From positions 236,778,001 through 236,842,000 of the forward strand of contig NC_091473.1 of assembly GCF_036971445.1 (NCBI RefSeq): a DNA stretch of 64,000 nucleotides, given 5' to 3'. Below, piece by piece: positions 1 through 13,233 of the stretch. This DNA comes from Narcine bancroftii (taxonomy: Eukaryota). Positions within the stretch are counted from its first letter, which is position 1. Every line of letters starts with the position of its first letter. Both the position numbers and the translations under genes were made by a program. A model generated the notes under the pieces. That model made no database searches, had not been told where the DNA came from, and saw only the letters and a list, made by a program, of their open reading frames with translations.

Positions 1-190
1 GGGATTTGGGTTCAAATCCTGCGCTGTCTATAGGAAGTTTGTACGTTCTCCCCATGTCTGCCTGGACTTTCCCCGGGGACTCCAGATTCCTCCAACTGCT
101 CAAAACGGGTTAATTGGGTGCAAATTGGGCAGCACAGACTTGTGGGCCAAAATGGCCCATTACCCTGCTGTATGTCTAAATTTAAAATGT
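1..190 (+). mobile_element. tRNA-derived V-SINE/HE1-like SINE (5' end outside the window)
   Basis: GGTTCAAATCC B-box then GTTTGTACGTTCTCCCC core; shares the tail CTGTATGTCTAAA with the other copies. Confidence 0.75.
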
Positions 191-415
191 AAACACTTAA
201 ACCAAGATAATACATTGTCTCAATTTCATAGCATTCACTATTAGTCCCTTTTTTTTATTTCATCCATTTTACAGCTTCAAAGGAAAATCTTCTAGAACAT
301 CAATGCTGAACATCCAGGTCCCACAAATTGCATGAGTGTGAATTATTTACTGTTAGATTAGTAAATGACTATTTTTTTTCATAATCTTCAAGAAAAAAAC
401 ATGGAACATATATGT

Positions 416-757
416 AGAGTAAAAATCCTAAAATCCGGACTGCTCAGGGATTGGGTCAGTTTGGACATTCCAGATTCTTGGACAGTACTTTCAAAATTCA
501 AATTTAAGGAGAATAAACAGGTAAATTTTGATAGTTTATTAAAACATTTTTCATATAAAATACAAAAGTTACAAATATTTTTTTCCACCACTTCTGCATA
601 GTCGCATATTGCTGTTTTGCACCTGTGGTGTTTACATGCACACACACAAAAGTTGCGAGTTTTTGTGAAGTCCAGATTCTCAGGTGGTCTGAATTTCAGG
701 TGAGAGTTTTCAAGAAGTCCTGATCTGAGGGTGGTCCAGATTTCTGACTTTTACTGT
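416..757. mobile_element. Degenerate Tigger-like MITE
   Basis: Imperfect TIRs (AGTAAAAATC..AAATCCGGAC / GTCCAGATTT..GACTTTTACTG-TA). Confidence 0.55.
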
Positions 758-1125
758 ATTGCACAATAGCACAGAGCATAAATCAAGATAGCACAGAAAC
801 AGGCCATCAACCTATCATGTCTGCACCAACCATAGGCCAATCTAAACTAATAATGTCTGCCTGCATATCACCATTTATCTCTATTCCCAGCATGTTTTAT
901 GTAACGTATCTAAATGAATCTTAAATGTTGCTATGATATCTGCTTCCACCACCTCCCCTAGCAACAAGTTCCAGGCATTTATCACTCTCTGTATACAAAA
1001 TTTTCTTCAGAGGTTTACTTTAAACTTTATCTCTGTCACTTTAAACCAATTTCTTCTTGCATTTGAAATTTACACCCTGGGGAAAAGACTCTTTGTCCTA
1101 TCAAAACACCTCATAGTTTTATACA

Positions 1126-1983
1126 CAGTACAACTCCAATTATCTGAAATGGTTTTATGTCCAATAAACTTTTTTTTGGAGAACTGGTCATTTTTTTAAA
1201 AACAGCTCAGTAGCAACAAACAGCAAATTATTTGTATCAATGTTTAAACAGCAACAAATAATAAGGGTAGGCTTTTTAAGCATTAAAATAATGTTTAATC
1301 CTCACCAAAAAACGCTGGCCACCGCCGAGCACTGAGACAAACCCAACACTACCAGAAATCACCGAGATCTCCCAACCGCCACTGCCAATCCCCGACATGA
1401 ACCCACTACTGCCACTGATTCCTGGGAAGGCTTCCCAGGCTGGTGGAACACTCACTGGTGAGTCAGCGGGATCCTGTCTCCTTGGTCACTGGAGCTCCCA
1501 ATGCCAGAATCCCAACACCGGAGTCCCGACTCCGAATCCTCTCTTAGCCCTACTTCACACACACAACGGGGAAGTAGGCTGAGGGGAGGATTCGGAGTCA
1601 GCGTCCGGTGACCCAAGGAGGGAGGGAGGGAAAGGGATAGGAGGGGAGAGGAGGGAACGCCACTGAGCCCGTGGTCCCACTTCAGCACAGGAGGTCACTC
1701 TCCTTGATGATGCTGGGGCAAGGAATTCTTCCGACTGCTTGCAGCTGGGAGTAAGTGACACACAGTTCAAGAGGGAGAGTTGGAGAGAAAAGTTAATAGA
1801 GGAAGGTAAAGAAGAAATGGAAAGAGAGAGGGGAGGGAGTTATCTGAAACTAGGACAATCAGCATTTTAATTTCATGTCAAGTGATTTTTTTTTCATCCT
1901 GTGAGTTCAGTTTGGATCTGAAAAAAATTATGTATAAATGAGGATTTCAGAGAATCTGATCTTGTATAATCAGAATTGTACTG
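1126..1983. mobile_element. Tc1/mariner (Tigger/pogo-like) non-autonomous element
   Basis: TIRs CAGTACAACTC.. / ..GAATTGTACTG followed by TA; related copies at 43688 and 51718. Confidence 0.8.
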
Positions 1984-2594
1984 TACTTCTGTATGATCAC
2001 CCTTCAGCCTTGGTATTCCAAAGAAAACAATCCAAGTTTGTACAACCTCTCTTTATAGCTAGTACTCTATTCCAGGCAACATCAATTAGTGAACCTCTTC
2101 TGCACCCTCCAATCTCTACATATTCCTCGATAATGTGACAACCAGAACTGTACACAATAATCCAAATGTGACCTACCAAAGTTTTTAGTTTTATAGCTGA
2201 AAAATTACTTACTGACTTTTATATTCAATGTCCCAAGAGATGAAGGCAACCATTCCATCTACCTTCTTTACCACCTTATTCACTTGTGGGGCCAACTTCA
2301 GACTGATATGGGCTTGTATCTCAAGATATGGCTATACATCAATATTCCTCAATGAATTGCCATTTGTTGTACACTTTCCTCTTGCATTTGATCTCCCAAA
2401 ATGCATCACCTTACACTTACCCAAATTAGATTCCATCTGCTATTTCTCTACCAAATTTTCCACCTGAGCTATATCCTGCTGTACTCTTTGACAACCTTCC
2501 TTGTTATTCATAACTCCATCAATTTTCATGTCACCTTCAAACATACTCAGATCAATGGCATTTTCCTCCAAATTAGTTATATATATTAAAAAAA

Positions 2595-3120
2595 CAGGTA
2601 CTCCCCGACTTGCGACCTATACGACATCCATCCATCCACACATACAAATTTGTTTAGAAAATATAAAATTAATGCAGTTTATGTTGTATTTGACAAACTA
2701 TAACAGGGATACAGGGTATGTAAAAGCCAAAATGTACATTCTTACCTTGTTAGTCAGCAACCCACGGTCCGTAGGCTGGGCACGGCCATCTTAATACCTG
2801 TGCGCATGTGTGAGTCTTCGGTTGGCACATGCGTGGTTCGTGTATTGGAGTTCAGTTGGCTCATGGGAGAGAGTTAAGGGCATTTATTCAATATCGTTAG
2901 GGTGCTTAACTCTTGCACATGCACCAACCAAACTCCAATATGCAAACCCACCATACGTGCCAACTGCTCACGCGTGTGCACAGGAATCAAGATGGCCACG
3001 CCCAGTCTATGGACCAGGGACACCAACTAACAATGTAAGTACGCAATTCTGACATACATCTATTCCGAGATATAACCGATACTTTGGTGTGAAGTATAGT
3101 TGTAAGTCGGGGAGTACCTG
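2595..3120. mobile_element. Tigger-like MITE with a long internal palindrome
   Basis: TIRs CAGGTACTCCCCGACTT / AAGTCGGGGAGTACCTG followed by TA. Confidence 0.85.
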
Positions 3121-4863
3121 TATTACAAACAACAGGAGTCCCAGCTCTGATCCTTGTGAAATACCATTGGTCACAGACCAATCAGAAAAAAGTATATACT
3201 CTACGTATTTATTTTTACCAATTTTGATCCTATTTACCAATTCATGATGGATTTCATATGACATCTTCTGAACCAGCCTACCATGAACGATCTTACTATG
3301 GAGACCACGGAGATAACATCAATTGCACTAGCCCCATAATTAGCTGAAATAAAAACAATGAAAATTGGAAATACACCACGGATTCAGCGGCATCTAAGGA
3401 GAGAGAAACAGTTTTAATTTGCAGGTTGGTGACCTTTCATTGGAGATTGCCAGTTTTAACACATACTGGAAAGGCAAAAACATAAGAACAAGAGAACACA
3501 AACAATCTGGAACAGGAGCAGGCCACCTGATTTCTCAAGTCTTCCTCGTCATTCAGTTTTACAAAGCCCTCTATTATCTGATTCCTCTACTCCCCTCTTT
3601 AAATATTTGCAGTGATTTGGCCCATATCCCCCTCCCCAAGAGTATTCCCCAGTGTCACCAGCTTATGCAAAAAGAAATTCACATGCACCTCAATTGTAAC
3701 TGACTCTCACCTTACCTTATAAACATATCCACTCTTTTCCACTCTCCCATCAGTGAAAACTCTCTCAAATTCCTTTAGGATGTTCTATGTTACTTCTGAA
3801 CTCCAAAGTATTCTGATATGTCCTATCTTTTTACCATTCTTAAAAGGAAACACATTCGTCCTAGAAATTAGCCTAGTATATCTCTACTTGGTTCCCTCTA
3901 ACATTAATATATCCTTCCTTAAATAAGAGGACCTCATTTTATAGGGCTCAATGTGCAGTCTCACATCACCATTTGTATTTGTAACAATACATTTCTATTT
4001 CTAAACAACCCTTTGAAATAAAATCCACTATGCCATTTGCCTTCCCAATTATTTAATGCATTCGCAAGCTAACATTTTGTGTTTCATGTACAAAAAACTA
4101 GCTCCTCCTGTACTTCAATCATTTGCAGTGTCTCTACCTTTTGGTAGTAGTGTATCTTTTGAATTCTCATACTAAAGTATATGACTTCACATTTTCCTAC
4201 ATTATAATTATTAGTTGTCAATAAACAGATGTTCATGCATGAGGTGGATGTTCCTGAACAAAATAATTATTTCTTCAGACAATAAAACTTAAAATAATAT
4301 CTTGCTCAGTCAACTTGCCTTCGTAAAATGTACAGCCCTTTAAAGTGGACTTGAACTTTTTGTTTCTTCTGTTTTTTCCCTTTCACTTAGCATTGTCAAG
4401 AAAAGAACAGATCAAAAAAGTTGCATTATTGACCATACTTCTTTGAACCCATTTGTCAAGTCTATGGGCAACTCTTTGTAAGCACCAAATTTTTTTTTGT
4501 TGATTACTGGGTGAGCAACGTGTTTTCTGTAAGAATATGTAATGCTCAGGTCACAATAGGGCAAAGAAACCAGAGCTGTCGACATTTTCATTCCCACTTC
4601 CCCTTTGCAGCAAAATGAACCATCTGCAAAATGTTCTGTAATAATTTGTTCTTTAAGAGGAGGTCCCCAACTCACATTTCTCTAACCATGAAAACATGGG
4701 TAGAAGACATGGGGAAACCACATTCTGCTAGTTTTCCTCCAAGACACACATTATTGTGCTTCAGAAATATATTGCTGCTATTTCATCACTACATTTTGGA
4801 ACTCATTGCTAACAATTCCCACATCAAATAAATGAATGCAAGAAATTGTGAATTGTACAGTAC

Positions 4864-5791
4864 TGTTACAAGCCCAGAGGACCCCAAAACCCAGCAGTAA
4901 TAGATAGTCACCAAGACAAATGGTTACTTAAACAGAAGTTGCCTTTAAATATCTTTAAACATGAAAACTTAACTAACCTCTTAGCCCTCTTCTAATTCTA
5001 AGTGCACATGTATGTAATGTGTGTGTAAGTCCAGAAAAGTTCTTTGATTCACAATCCAATCTCGCTTCTCATTCCTCCAAGTTCACTGGTTCCAGGCAAT
5101 TCTTATACTGTGCACAGAATTTAACATTTATGAATTACACCAGGATTTGGTTTTTGAAAGGTAAATGGTTCTTGTCAGTTTTCAGAGAGAGATTTGTTGT
5201 TCCTGGACACAAACTTGATCCCTTTTAATCAGCCACTTCAGAGTCTTGCCAAAGAAACTTCCCCATTAGGAGTTTCCAGATGATAACCTCTTTCAGCTCT
5301 CTTATTTCAAGTGAAACATTAGACACCCAGTCTTCTTTTGCATGAACCACAAGGGTTTTGACCAGACTGAACTAAGCACTCACAACCCGTCTTCCAAATG
5401 GGGTTTTTCCACAAGCTTTCCAGCTTTTTCTGTTCCAGTCCCAGCTATTGCTTCTGACTCTAGAACTGAACTCTCTCTCCCTCTCTCAGAGAAAAGGCTG
5501 TTCAACTCTCTGCTTGCAAAAACCACATGACCCTCTTACAACAGTAAGTTGCACTCCCAGACAACCTGAGATTCCAAACTACTCCTCTGATGCTTTTCAA
5601 AACAACAATCCATTAGTGAAGTATCTTGGGCATACCCCAAAGTTTTTGCAAAGGACCTCAGGAGCCGCCCTTTCTGGCTTGAGCAGAGCTCCAGTATTTT
5701 AAATGAGATGTTTTGAAGTGTCTGACCTACTATTAAAAAAAAACCAAAAACATATCTATATATAAATACAAACACAACATAATCTGTCACA
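4864..5791. mobile_element. Solo LTR, 928 bp
   Basis: TGTTACA...TGTCACA termini, 4-bp TSD GTAC on both sides; second copy at 40847-41752. Confidence 0.85.
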
Positions 5792-7568
5792 GTACATGAA
5801 ATAAAAATGGTAAATTAGCCAAGTGTGAAGAGCAACCAAGAGAGAAAGATACACAAGGAAGAGGAAAACACATTCTTAGTGTTGTAACTAATGTATTTTG
5901 TATTAGGACACAATCAGACAATAAGTACATCTTTTTAACAAGGAGAGGAAAGTGAGGAAATGACAAACAGAAAATTGACCAACAGTTCCACCTTGTTGGG
6001 TTCCATATAAGCAAATATATTTTATTAATTGCAGGAACATTTCTCACTGAGAAATGAATACCAAATTAATTGGCACATTTAAAAATAATTTTAGAATAAT
6101 ATTTGAATTATCTTAGAATTCAAGAATTATCTGCTTGGTATCAAAACTTTTGAGCATCTTTACAGGATGAACTGACCATAATCAGGCATGCTCCACAAAC
6201 ATCCTCTTTGGATATGACAATGGTGACAGAACTGTGGAGAACAGAAAATATTGTTTGTTTATTCAAAAAAAGGCAGTGAAGGTAAGGTTAACAACTTCAG
6301 GCCAGTCAATTTAGCCTCAAAGATTGGAAGTTTTTAAGAACATTTATCTGGGACAAGATCAAAAGTCACCTGGAGGAAAATGGATTGATCAAGACAAGCC
6401 AGCATGGCAGAAAAGGGATATTGAGAAATGAAGGTAAACAAGGAGTCAGCAGATGCTGGGAAAGTAGAACAACGTATAAAAATGCTGGAGGAGCTCAGTA
6501 GGTCACACAGCATCCATGGAAAGCAAAAGAAGTTAATGCTGAGCCTCAGCCCTTCTTAGAAAATTGTATTTGCCAATTTGATAGAATTTTACAGGTTTAT
6601 CAGCGCATGGTGTAAAATGGATATCGGCAGCATGGATATATCAAAGCTGGCTAATTAACTAACAACAGGGCTTTGGTGAATCATTGTTTTTCAGATTAGA
6701 TACAGATGACATGGAAACTGCTCTGCCAAACACTACCACAAGAACCTGCAAAGTCTTGTGGACACAGCTCAGTTTGTGACACAAACACTCGTCCCCATCC
6801 CCCACCCCCATCAACTCCATCTATATTTCCCATTGCCTTTGAAAAGAAGCCAGCTTATTAAAAGACTCATCCAACCCCAGACACACACTCTTCACCTTGC
6901 CAGGAAGAAAATTCACAAACCACCAAATCATGCACCATCAACTTCAAGGATGGTTTCTTTCCTGGCCTTATCAGACTCCTGAATGTACCTCACAAGAGTA
7001 AAATGATGTTGTCTTGCTCTGCACCAAATTATCTCTCGTTGTAACTCTGCACTTCTGTACTGTGCCTTACTTGATGCACTATGTACAGTAAGTGATGACT
7101 AGCTGGACAGCCTCCAAGTAAACATTATCACAGCACTTTGTTACATGTGACTTGAATATTGATGTTGCCCAAGGATTGGAGTTTGGTCTTTTTTTTAATC
7201 TTCACCTGACATGCAAGTACAATTTCTATATTAGTGGATGCCAAAAACACCTTGGAAGCATTTTGACAGTGAAAGATTGCAACAAGATATAAACAGAACA
7301 ATAAACTATTCAGATGCATGGCAATGGAAGCTGAATATAGAGAAATGCAAGATGAGTCATTTTGGTGGAAAAAATGAGGAGAGGCAATATGAAACAAAGT
7401 ATACTTTTCTAAAAAGGGTTTTACAGCAAAGGGATTCCAAAGATTGACAAATCATTTATGCTTTTTACATAGCCACTTTGATCCTGGACATTTTCTCCTT
7501 TTTTTTCAGAATGTGTGCTGTGCAAAAAGTGTTGAAATGAAATGGGGATGTCATTCCAGTTCCATCTT

Positions 7569-7754
7569 TGTGGTGAAATGTAATTACACCACTAGGTCAC
7601 CAGGGGCCACCCCAGTGACCTTGTCTATAAAGCAGTCCAGAGCTAGTGTAGCCTTCTAGGTTCGTCTTGCAGAGAGACATGACCTCTTAGTGTACATATT
7701 AGTTTATTAAAGCTGTCTTATACTCGCACTGCTGGTGTGGTTATTGTCAGTACA
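7569..7754 (+). mobile_element. Short solo LTR, 186 bp
   Basis: TG...CA termini, TSD ATCTT on both sides, TATAAA and ATTAAA inside. Confidence 0.85.
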
Positions 7755-8189
7755 ATCTTTTTACCACAAAGGGGCCTTGTACAATTCCCAGAATGTTTGC
7801 AGTGTAAACTGGGACCAATTCAGGTAATGATGTGCATTGTGAACCATAATTTTCTTATTATGTACTGTAACTTTTTTAGTGCTGCCTGCTCTCTCCTGCA
7901 GTCCCTCTCTGTCCTGGTGGTCCGCTGCCTGCTCTCTCCTGTGACCCGCTGTTCCGCTCTGTCCTGGTGATCCGCTGCTTGCTCTCTGTTGCTGTGGGCC
8001 TCTAAGCCTAACCCTAAACCTAATGAGAAACTGAACCCTAATTCTAACCCCAAATTTGACACTAGGTCTGCCAGATTGTGAGCAGTTTGGTCCCCAAATC
8101 TAAAAAAGGAGAAATTAGCAATGGAGGCACTGTGGAGGATATTCACCAGGCTAATTCCTGCGATGAGAGAGTTATTTGTCAAGAGTGAT

Positions 8190-8730
8190 GAGACATATCA
8201 ACTTGCGCTGGCAGTGGCCAGAAAATGTATACCTGTTGCATGGAAGTCTGATTCACATCTAGGTATGGCACGTTGGAACACAGAAATACATGTATTCCCT
8301 TGGAGAAGATTACCTACAAGTTAAGAAATACGTTTGACATATTTTTACAAATTTGGCAACCATATTTACAAAATTCCGGTGTAAATCTTTAGTTGAGTTC
8401 TTCCCAACCCACAAGACCAGTGTGGATCTTCTCCAAAGAAAATTAAATAGAATATGAATCTCTGAACCGTGAAGTGTGTGTCATTTTTCAACAGTCCAAT
8501 TTGTTTTTCTTTTCTTTCTTTACTAGCTTCTTATATTTTTTTTGGTTTTTCTATTCTTTAATTATTTTTTCCTTTTCTTTGAGGTTCTTTTGAGGGGGTT
8601 GGAGGGACTGGGTCACAAAGTAAATATTGAATGTAATCATGCTTGTACTTTTAATTTTGTAATTTACTTCGTTTGGTTAAAAAAATGTTTACCGAAATTG
8701 AAATATTTAAAAAAAAATTTAAATATTTAA
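8190..8730 (+). mobile_element. L1-like 3' fragment
   Basis: ALAVARKCI..WKSD..W remnant and A-rich tail; boundaries approximate. Confidence 0.6.
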
Positions 8731-9335
8731 AAAAGGGACAATATAGTTTGAGAGGGTGTGATGGTGAGATCAAGTTTGGCAGGTCCGAGAAGTAATGAGT
8801 CTGAACTTAACTTAATTAAAAAGCAAGTCTTTATTAGCGTGTGGGGAGAGGGGTAGTTGCACACACATACACAGATTGCACACAGTTCACATATAGTGGA
8901 CACAACAAGAGACACTACAATCGCCACACCTACAAATGGTGTAAAAAAGACAGTATAAAACGATACTCACTACCCCTCAATAACCGGCAGGCACAGTTGA
9001 TTGCAAATATGTTACAAAGTTAAAGGATAAATTATAACTGACCTACAGGTATGCACCAACTATAGCTCCCCACCCTTTAATGGCACACACCTTACAATGG
9101 TAATGGTCTTTCCAGAGTTGCCCATAACTCGTCAATTAGAGTGGAGCTAGGGTTCATTCCTCAGGAAAAAGGGGAAGAACTGCTCCACATGGTGGCTTTA
9201 TACTGCAGCCGGCTGGAGAGGCCAACTCAGGTATGCCCAAAGTAGGCAAAGTGATTAATAAAGCCAATTGTAACATGTGGCCTCACGTCAAGGTGAGTTA
9301 ACCTTGATTGACATGGGGAAATGACTTGCCATCTG

Positions 9336-9543
9336 TGTAGAGCATGTCGAAAGAATCAAAGGCTTATTGATCCAAACCAAGGCTTTTATTAACTAGAAGA
9401 CTGGAGCGTATCACACGTAGGTCGACCAGTCCAGAATGACTTGGTCTGGTTGGAGCAACCCTTTAAGACCTGCCAGTAGGCATGGCTACGCTATCAGCCA
9501 ATCACAATCATTCTACACTACAATCTATATCTGTACTATCACA
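9336..9543 (-). mobile_element. Short solo LTR, 208 bp, probably nested in an older LTR (~8757-9590)
   Basis: TG...CA termini, TSD ATCTG on both sides, TTTATT (minus-strand AATAAA). Confidence 0.75.
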
Positions 9544-9884
9544 ATCTGCCTGGTCAGATGACCCTCCAGGAGTAAGCATGTGGATTATCATTTATTTGGA
9601 TTAGTTTACAGTCCAATCTGTTGAATAATCCTCCTGGAGATGCCTATATGCTTTCATTTTTGGAAATCACCAACAATGGGACAGAGATGGAAGAAGAAAG
9701 CTATTTATAGTTGAGGTGAATAGAAATGTCTTTTGTTCAGAGGATAATGAATCTCTGAAATTCTCTGCCCAGAGTGGATGGATGCCAGATCATTAGATTA
9801 AATTGTATTGTTTCCAGGGACTAGTGAGGAGATATACTGGAGAATCTGGAAATATTCTCCCTGGAACAGGGAGGAACGAGTCCA

Positions 9885-10880
9885 AGTTCAAATTCAAATT
9901 TATTGTTAAAGTACTGTACATGTACAACACTGAAATCCTTTTTCCTGCAGGCCATGCATTTATCGGTAAACTAAATGCAAAAAAAAGTATACAAAAGAGA
10001 GAAAGGTAAACAAAGAAAGAAATGTAAACAAACACTCAAAGTGCAGGAAAAACACATATTCAGGAATAAATAATGAGCAAAGTGAGAGTTCTTAAATGAG
10101 TCTCTGATTGGGTTTTATTTAGCAGTCTGATGGTGGAGGGGAAGCAACTGTTCCTGAACCTGGTGGTACGAGTCTCATGGCTGCTTTCGTGAATGCAGCA
10201 GTGAGAACAGTGCATGTCCTGTGTGGTGTGGATCCTTGATAATTGCTATTGCTCTCTGATGGCAGCGCTCCACATACATGTTCTTGATGGTGAGGAGAAT
10301 TTTGCTTGTGATGTTCAGGGCTGTGTCTACCTTTTACAAGGTATTGATGCTCCCAACCAGTCTATTATGCAGCCAGTCTGCACACTGCTCACGACATATC
10401 TGTAGAAGATAACCAAGGTTTCCGATGTCATACTGAACCTTTGTAAATTCCTGACAAAGTAGAGGCACTGTCATGCTTTCTTCACAATGATATTAGTAGG
10501 TTGGGTCGAGGAAAGGTCCTCCACGATAGGAACCCCCAGGAATTTAAATTTGCCTACCCTCTCCACCACTGATCCACCAATGATCATTTGGTTTTCCCTT
10601 CCTAAAGTCTACAATAAACTTCTTGGTTTTGGTGACACTAGTAAGAGGTTGTTGTCAGTACACCTATCCACCAAGTTTCCATTCTTCCTTCTGTATGTTG
10701 ACTCATCACCCTTCTTATATAGCCAAATACTGTGATTACATCAGCAAATTTGTAAATGGTGATGTTGCTGTACCAAGCCACACAGTCATGTATGGAAAAT
10801 GAGTAAAGGGCTAAGTATGCAGCCCTATGGTGCTCCGGTGCTGATGGAGATTGTGGAGATGTTCTTGCCAATCCATATTT
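9885..10880 (-). mobile_element. Rex1/Babar- or L2-like LINE 3' fragment
   Basis: IYKFADVITVFG remnant; short-repeat (TTGAAY) tail at the left end; boundaries approximate. Confidence 0.7.
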
Positions 10881-11257
10881 ATTGGGTATTTTATGAAAAG
10901 GTACAAAATTATGAGCAGCTAGTTCTCTATGAAGAAAATCAAGAGACAGAGAAAATGGATTCAAGGTGATTGGCAAAAGAACCAAATATGAGGAAAATCT
11001 TTTCTGCATAATGAGTGATCAGCATTTTATATGCAATGCATGAAAAGGCCAGTGGAGTGAGATACAATCAAAACTTTCCATTGAGAACTGAATTAACATG
11101 AAAGGAAAAAAATTGCAATTTCAGGGGTATAAGAAACAGGGAAATCTTTAGAATGCTGAATCAAATGACTGTCTGATCTCTTTCTGGTCCACAATTCTTT
11201 GGCAAAACCTTTTTCAGGCCTCAAATTGTTTGGTAATTTGCTCAACTTCTAGTTGCC

Positions 11258-12198
11258 CATTCAGCGCTTGACGTCCTGTTTTGCGGAAACTGCCAAAATG
11301 TTCGGCCTGGAAGTCAGCCTGAAGAAAACTGAGGTCCTCCATCAGCCAGCTCCCCACCATGACTACCAGCCCCCCACATCTCCATCGGGCACACAAAACT
11401 CAAAACGGTCAACCAGTTTACCTATCTCGGCTTCACCATTTCATCGGATGCAAGGATCGACAACAAGACAGACAACAGACTCGCCAAGGCAAATAGCGCC
11501 TTTGGAAGACTACACAAAAGAGTCTGGAAAAACAACCAACTGAAAAACCGCACTAAGATAAGCGTATACAGAGCCGTTGTCATACCCACATTCCTGTTCG
11601 GCTCCGAATCATGGGTCCTCTACCGGCATCACCTACGGCTCCTAGAAAGCTTCCACCAGCGTTGTCTCCGCTCCATCCTCAACATTCATTGGAGCGACTT
11701 CAACCCTAACATCAAAGTACTCGAGATGGCAGAGGCCGACAGCATCGAATCCATGCTGTTGAAGATCCAACTGCGCTGGGTAGGTCACGACTCCAGAATG
11801 GAGGACCATCGCCTCCCCAAGATTGTGTTATATGGCGAGCTCTCCACTGGCCATCGTGTCAGAGGTGCACCAAAGAAGAGGTACAAGGACTGCCTAAAGA
11901 AATCTCTTGGTGCCTGCCACATTGACCACTGCCAGTGGGCTGATATCGCCTCAAACCGTGCATCTTGGCGCCTCACAGTTCGGCGGGCAGCAACCTCCTT
12001 TGAAGAAGACCGCAGAGCCCACCTCACTGACAAAAGACAAAGGAGGAAAAACCCAACCCCCACCAACCAATTTTCCCCTGCAACCGTGTCTGCCTGTCCC
12101 GCATCGGACTTGTCAGCCACAAACGTGCCTGCAGCTGATGTGGACATTTACCTCTCCATAAATCTTTGTCCGCGAAGCCAAGCCAAAGAAAAAAAAAA
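11258..12198 (+). mobile_element. 5'-truncated RTE-clade LINE
   Basis: RT C-terminus and tail (FGLEVSLKKTEV, QLRWVGH, RLPKIVLYGEL, GAPKKRYKD), ending GAAGCCAAGCCAAAG plus A-run. Confidence 0.9.
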
Positions 12199-13233
12199 GT
12201 ACTGGATTAACAGAAAGTTAATCAAACTAAATATTACATTTGATCGCTCCCCACGGTGTTGTTTAAAACAGAACAAGTCTGTGCACAATCCACACGTCAT
12301 ACTTGAACTGGAGTATTTTAGATAACATGTCAAGTAAAAGTTTATTATCATCTGCTTGTACAAATACAACCTGATCAAATAATGTTCTCCAAACTTTGGT
12401 GCAAAAACATGCAAACATATATAATACACACACAAACAATTAATATGCAGCACACATATACATTATAAGAATAAATATATATTGTTAAACAGTAAAATCT
12501 TGAAGGGTTTGTATGAGAAATTCATCATTCATTCAGCAATCTCACTGCCCGTGGGAAGAAGCAGTTCCTTAGCCTAGTGATGCTGGCTCTGATACAGCTA
12601 TACCTCGACTTGCACCTGATCGAGTAATGACCGATCAAAGATATGTCTAAGGTATGTTGTATAGTAACTCAAGGGGCCTAAGAGAGAGTTTGTGGCCGGG
12701 GCACTCAGAACTCTGATGTTTGGGTGGCGGAGGCGAGCGTCCCCAGTTGGGGCATTGGGCCCTCCAGTGGATGGGCGGTTGGGAGCGGGTGCTTGGATGG
12801 GTGGGCAGCAAGGAGCTAGGAGAGAGTTTGTGGCTAGTACATTGGGATAGCAAAGATCCATGGTCGAGATTCAAGAGCTCTGGTAAGCAGGCAGCTCGGG
12901 TGAGGATCCACGGTCGAGGTCGGGTGCTTGAATGAGTATATTTCATCTATGATGATAAACCTATCACCTATAATGCCCCAAATCAATTTGAGTCCCCACT
13001 TTTAGAATGTAACCCAGAGGTGTCAGTGTGTGGCTGTACTTTATTATCTCTTTCCTAACAGGTGTAGTTGGAAGATGTTGCATGCAGGGTGGAAGGGTTC
13101 ATCAATGATTTTGCAAGCCCTCTTCAGCCTACGATCCTGGTAAATCACATTGATGAGGGATAGGAAAACTCCAGTGTTCCTCTCTGCCATTCTAATGGTC
13201 CTGTGGATTGACCTCCGATCCAATGCTCTACAA

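Larger units (their letters stand above)
770..3330 (-). mobile_element. Decayed CR1-like LINE carrying two nested MITEs
   Basis: VTNGISQGSELGLLLF RT remnant (3007-3264 ORF); sequence continuous across the insertions; boundaries approximate. Confidence 0.7.

Noticed and set aside
8005-8055. Interstitial telomeric repeat
   Set aside because: Only a few degenerate CCTAA units within a repeat relic
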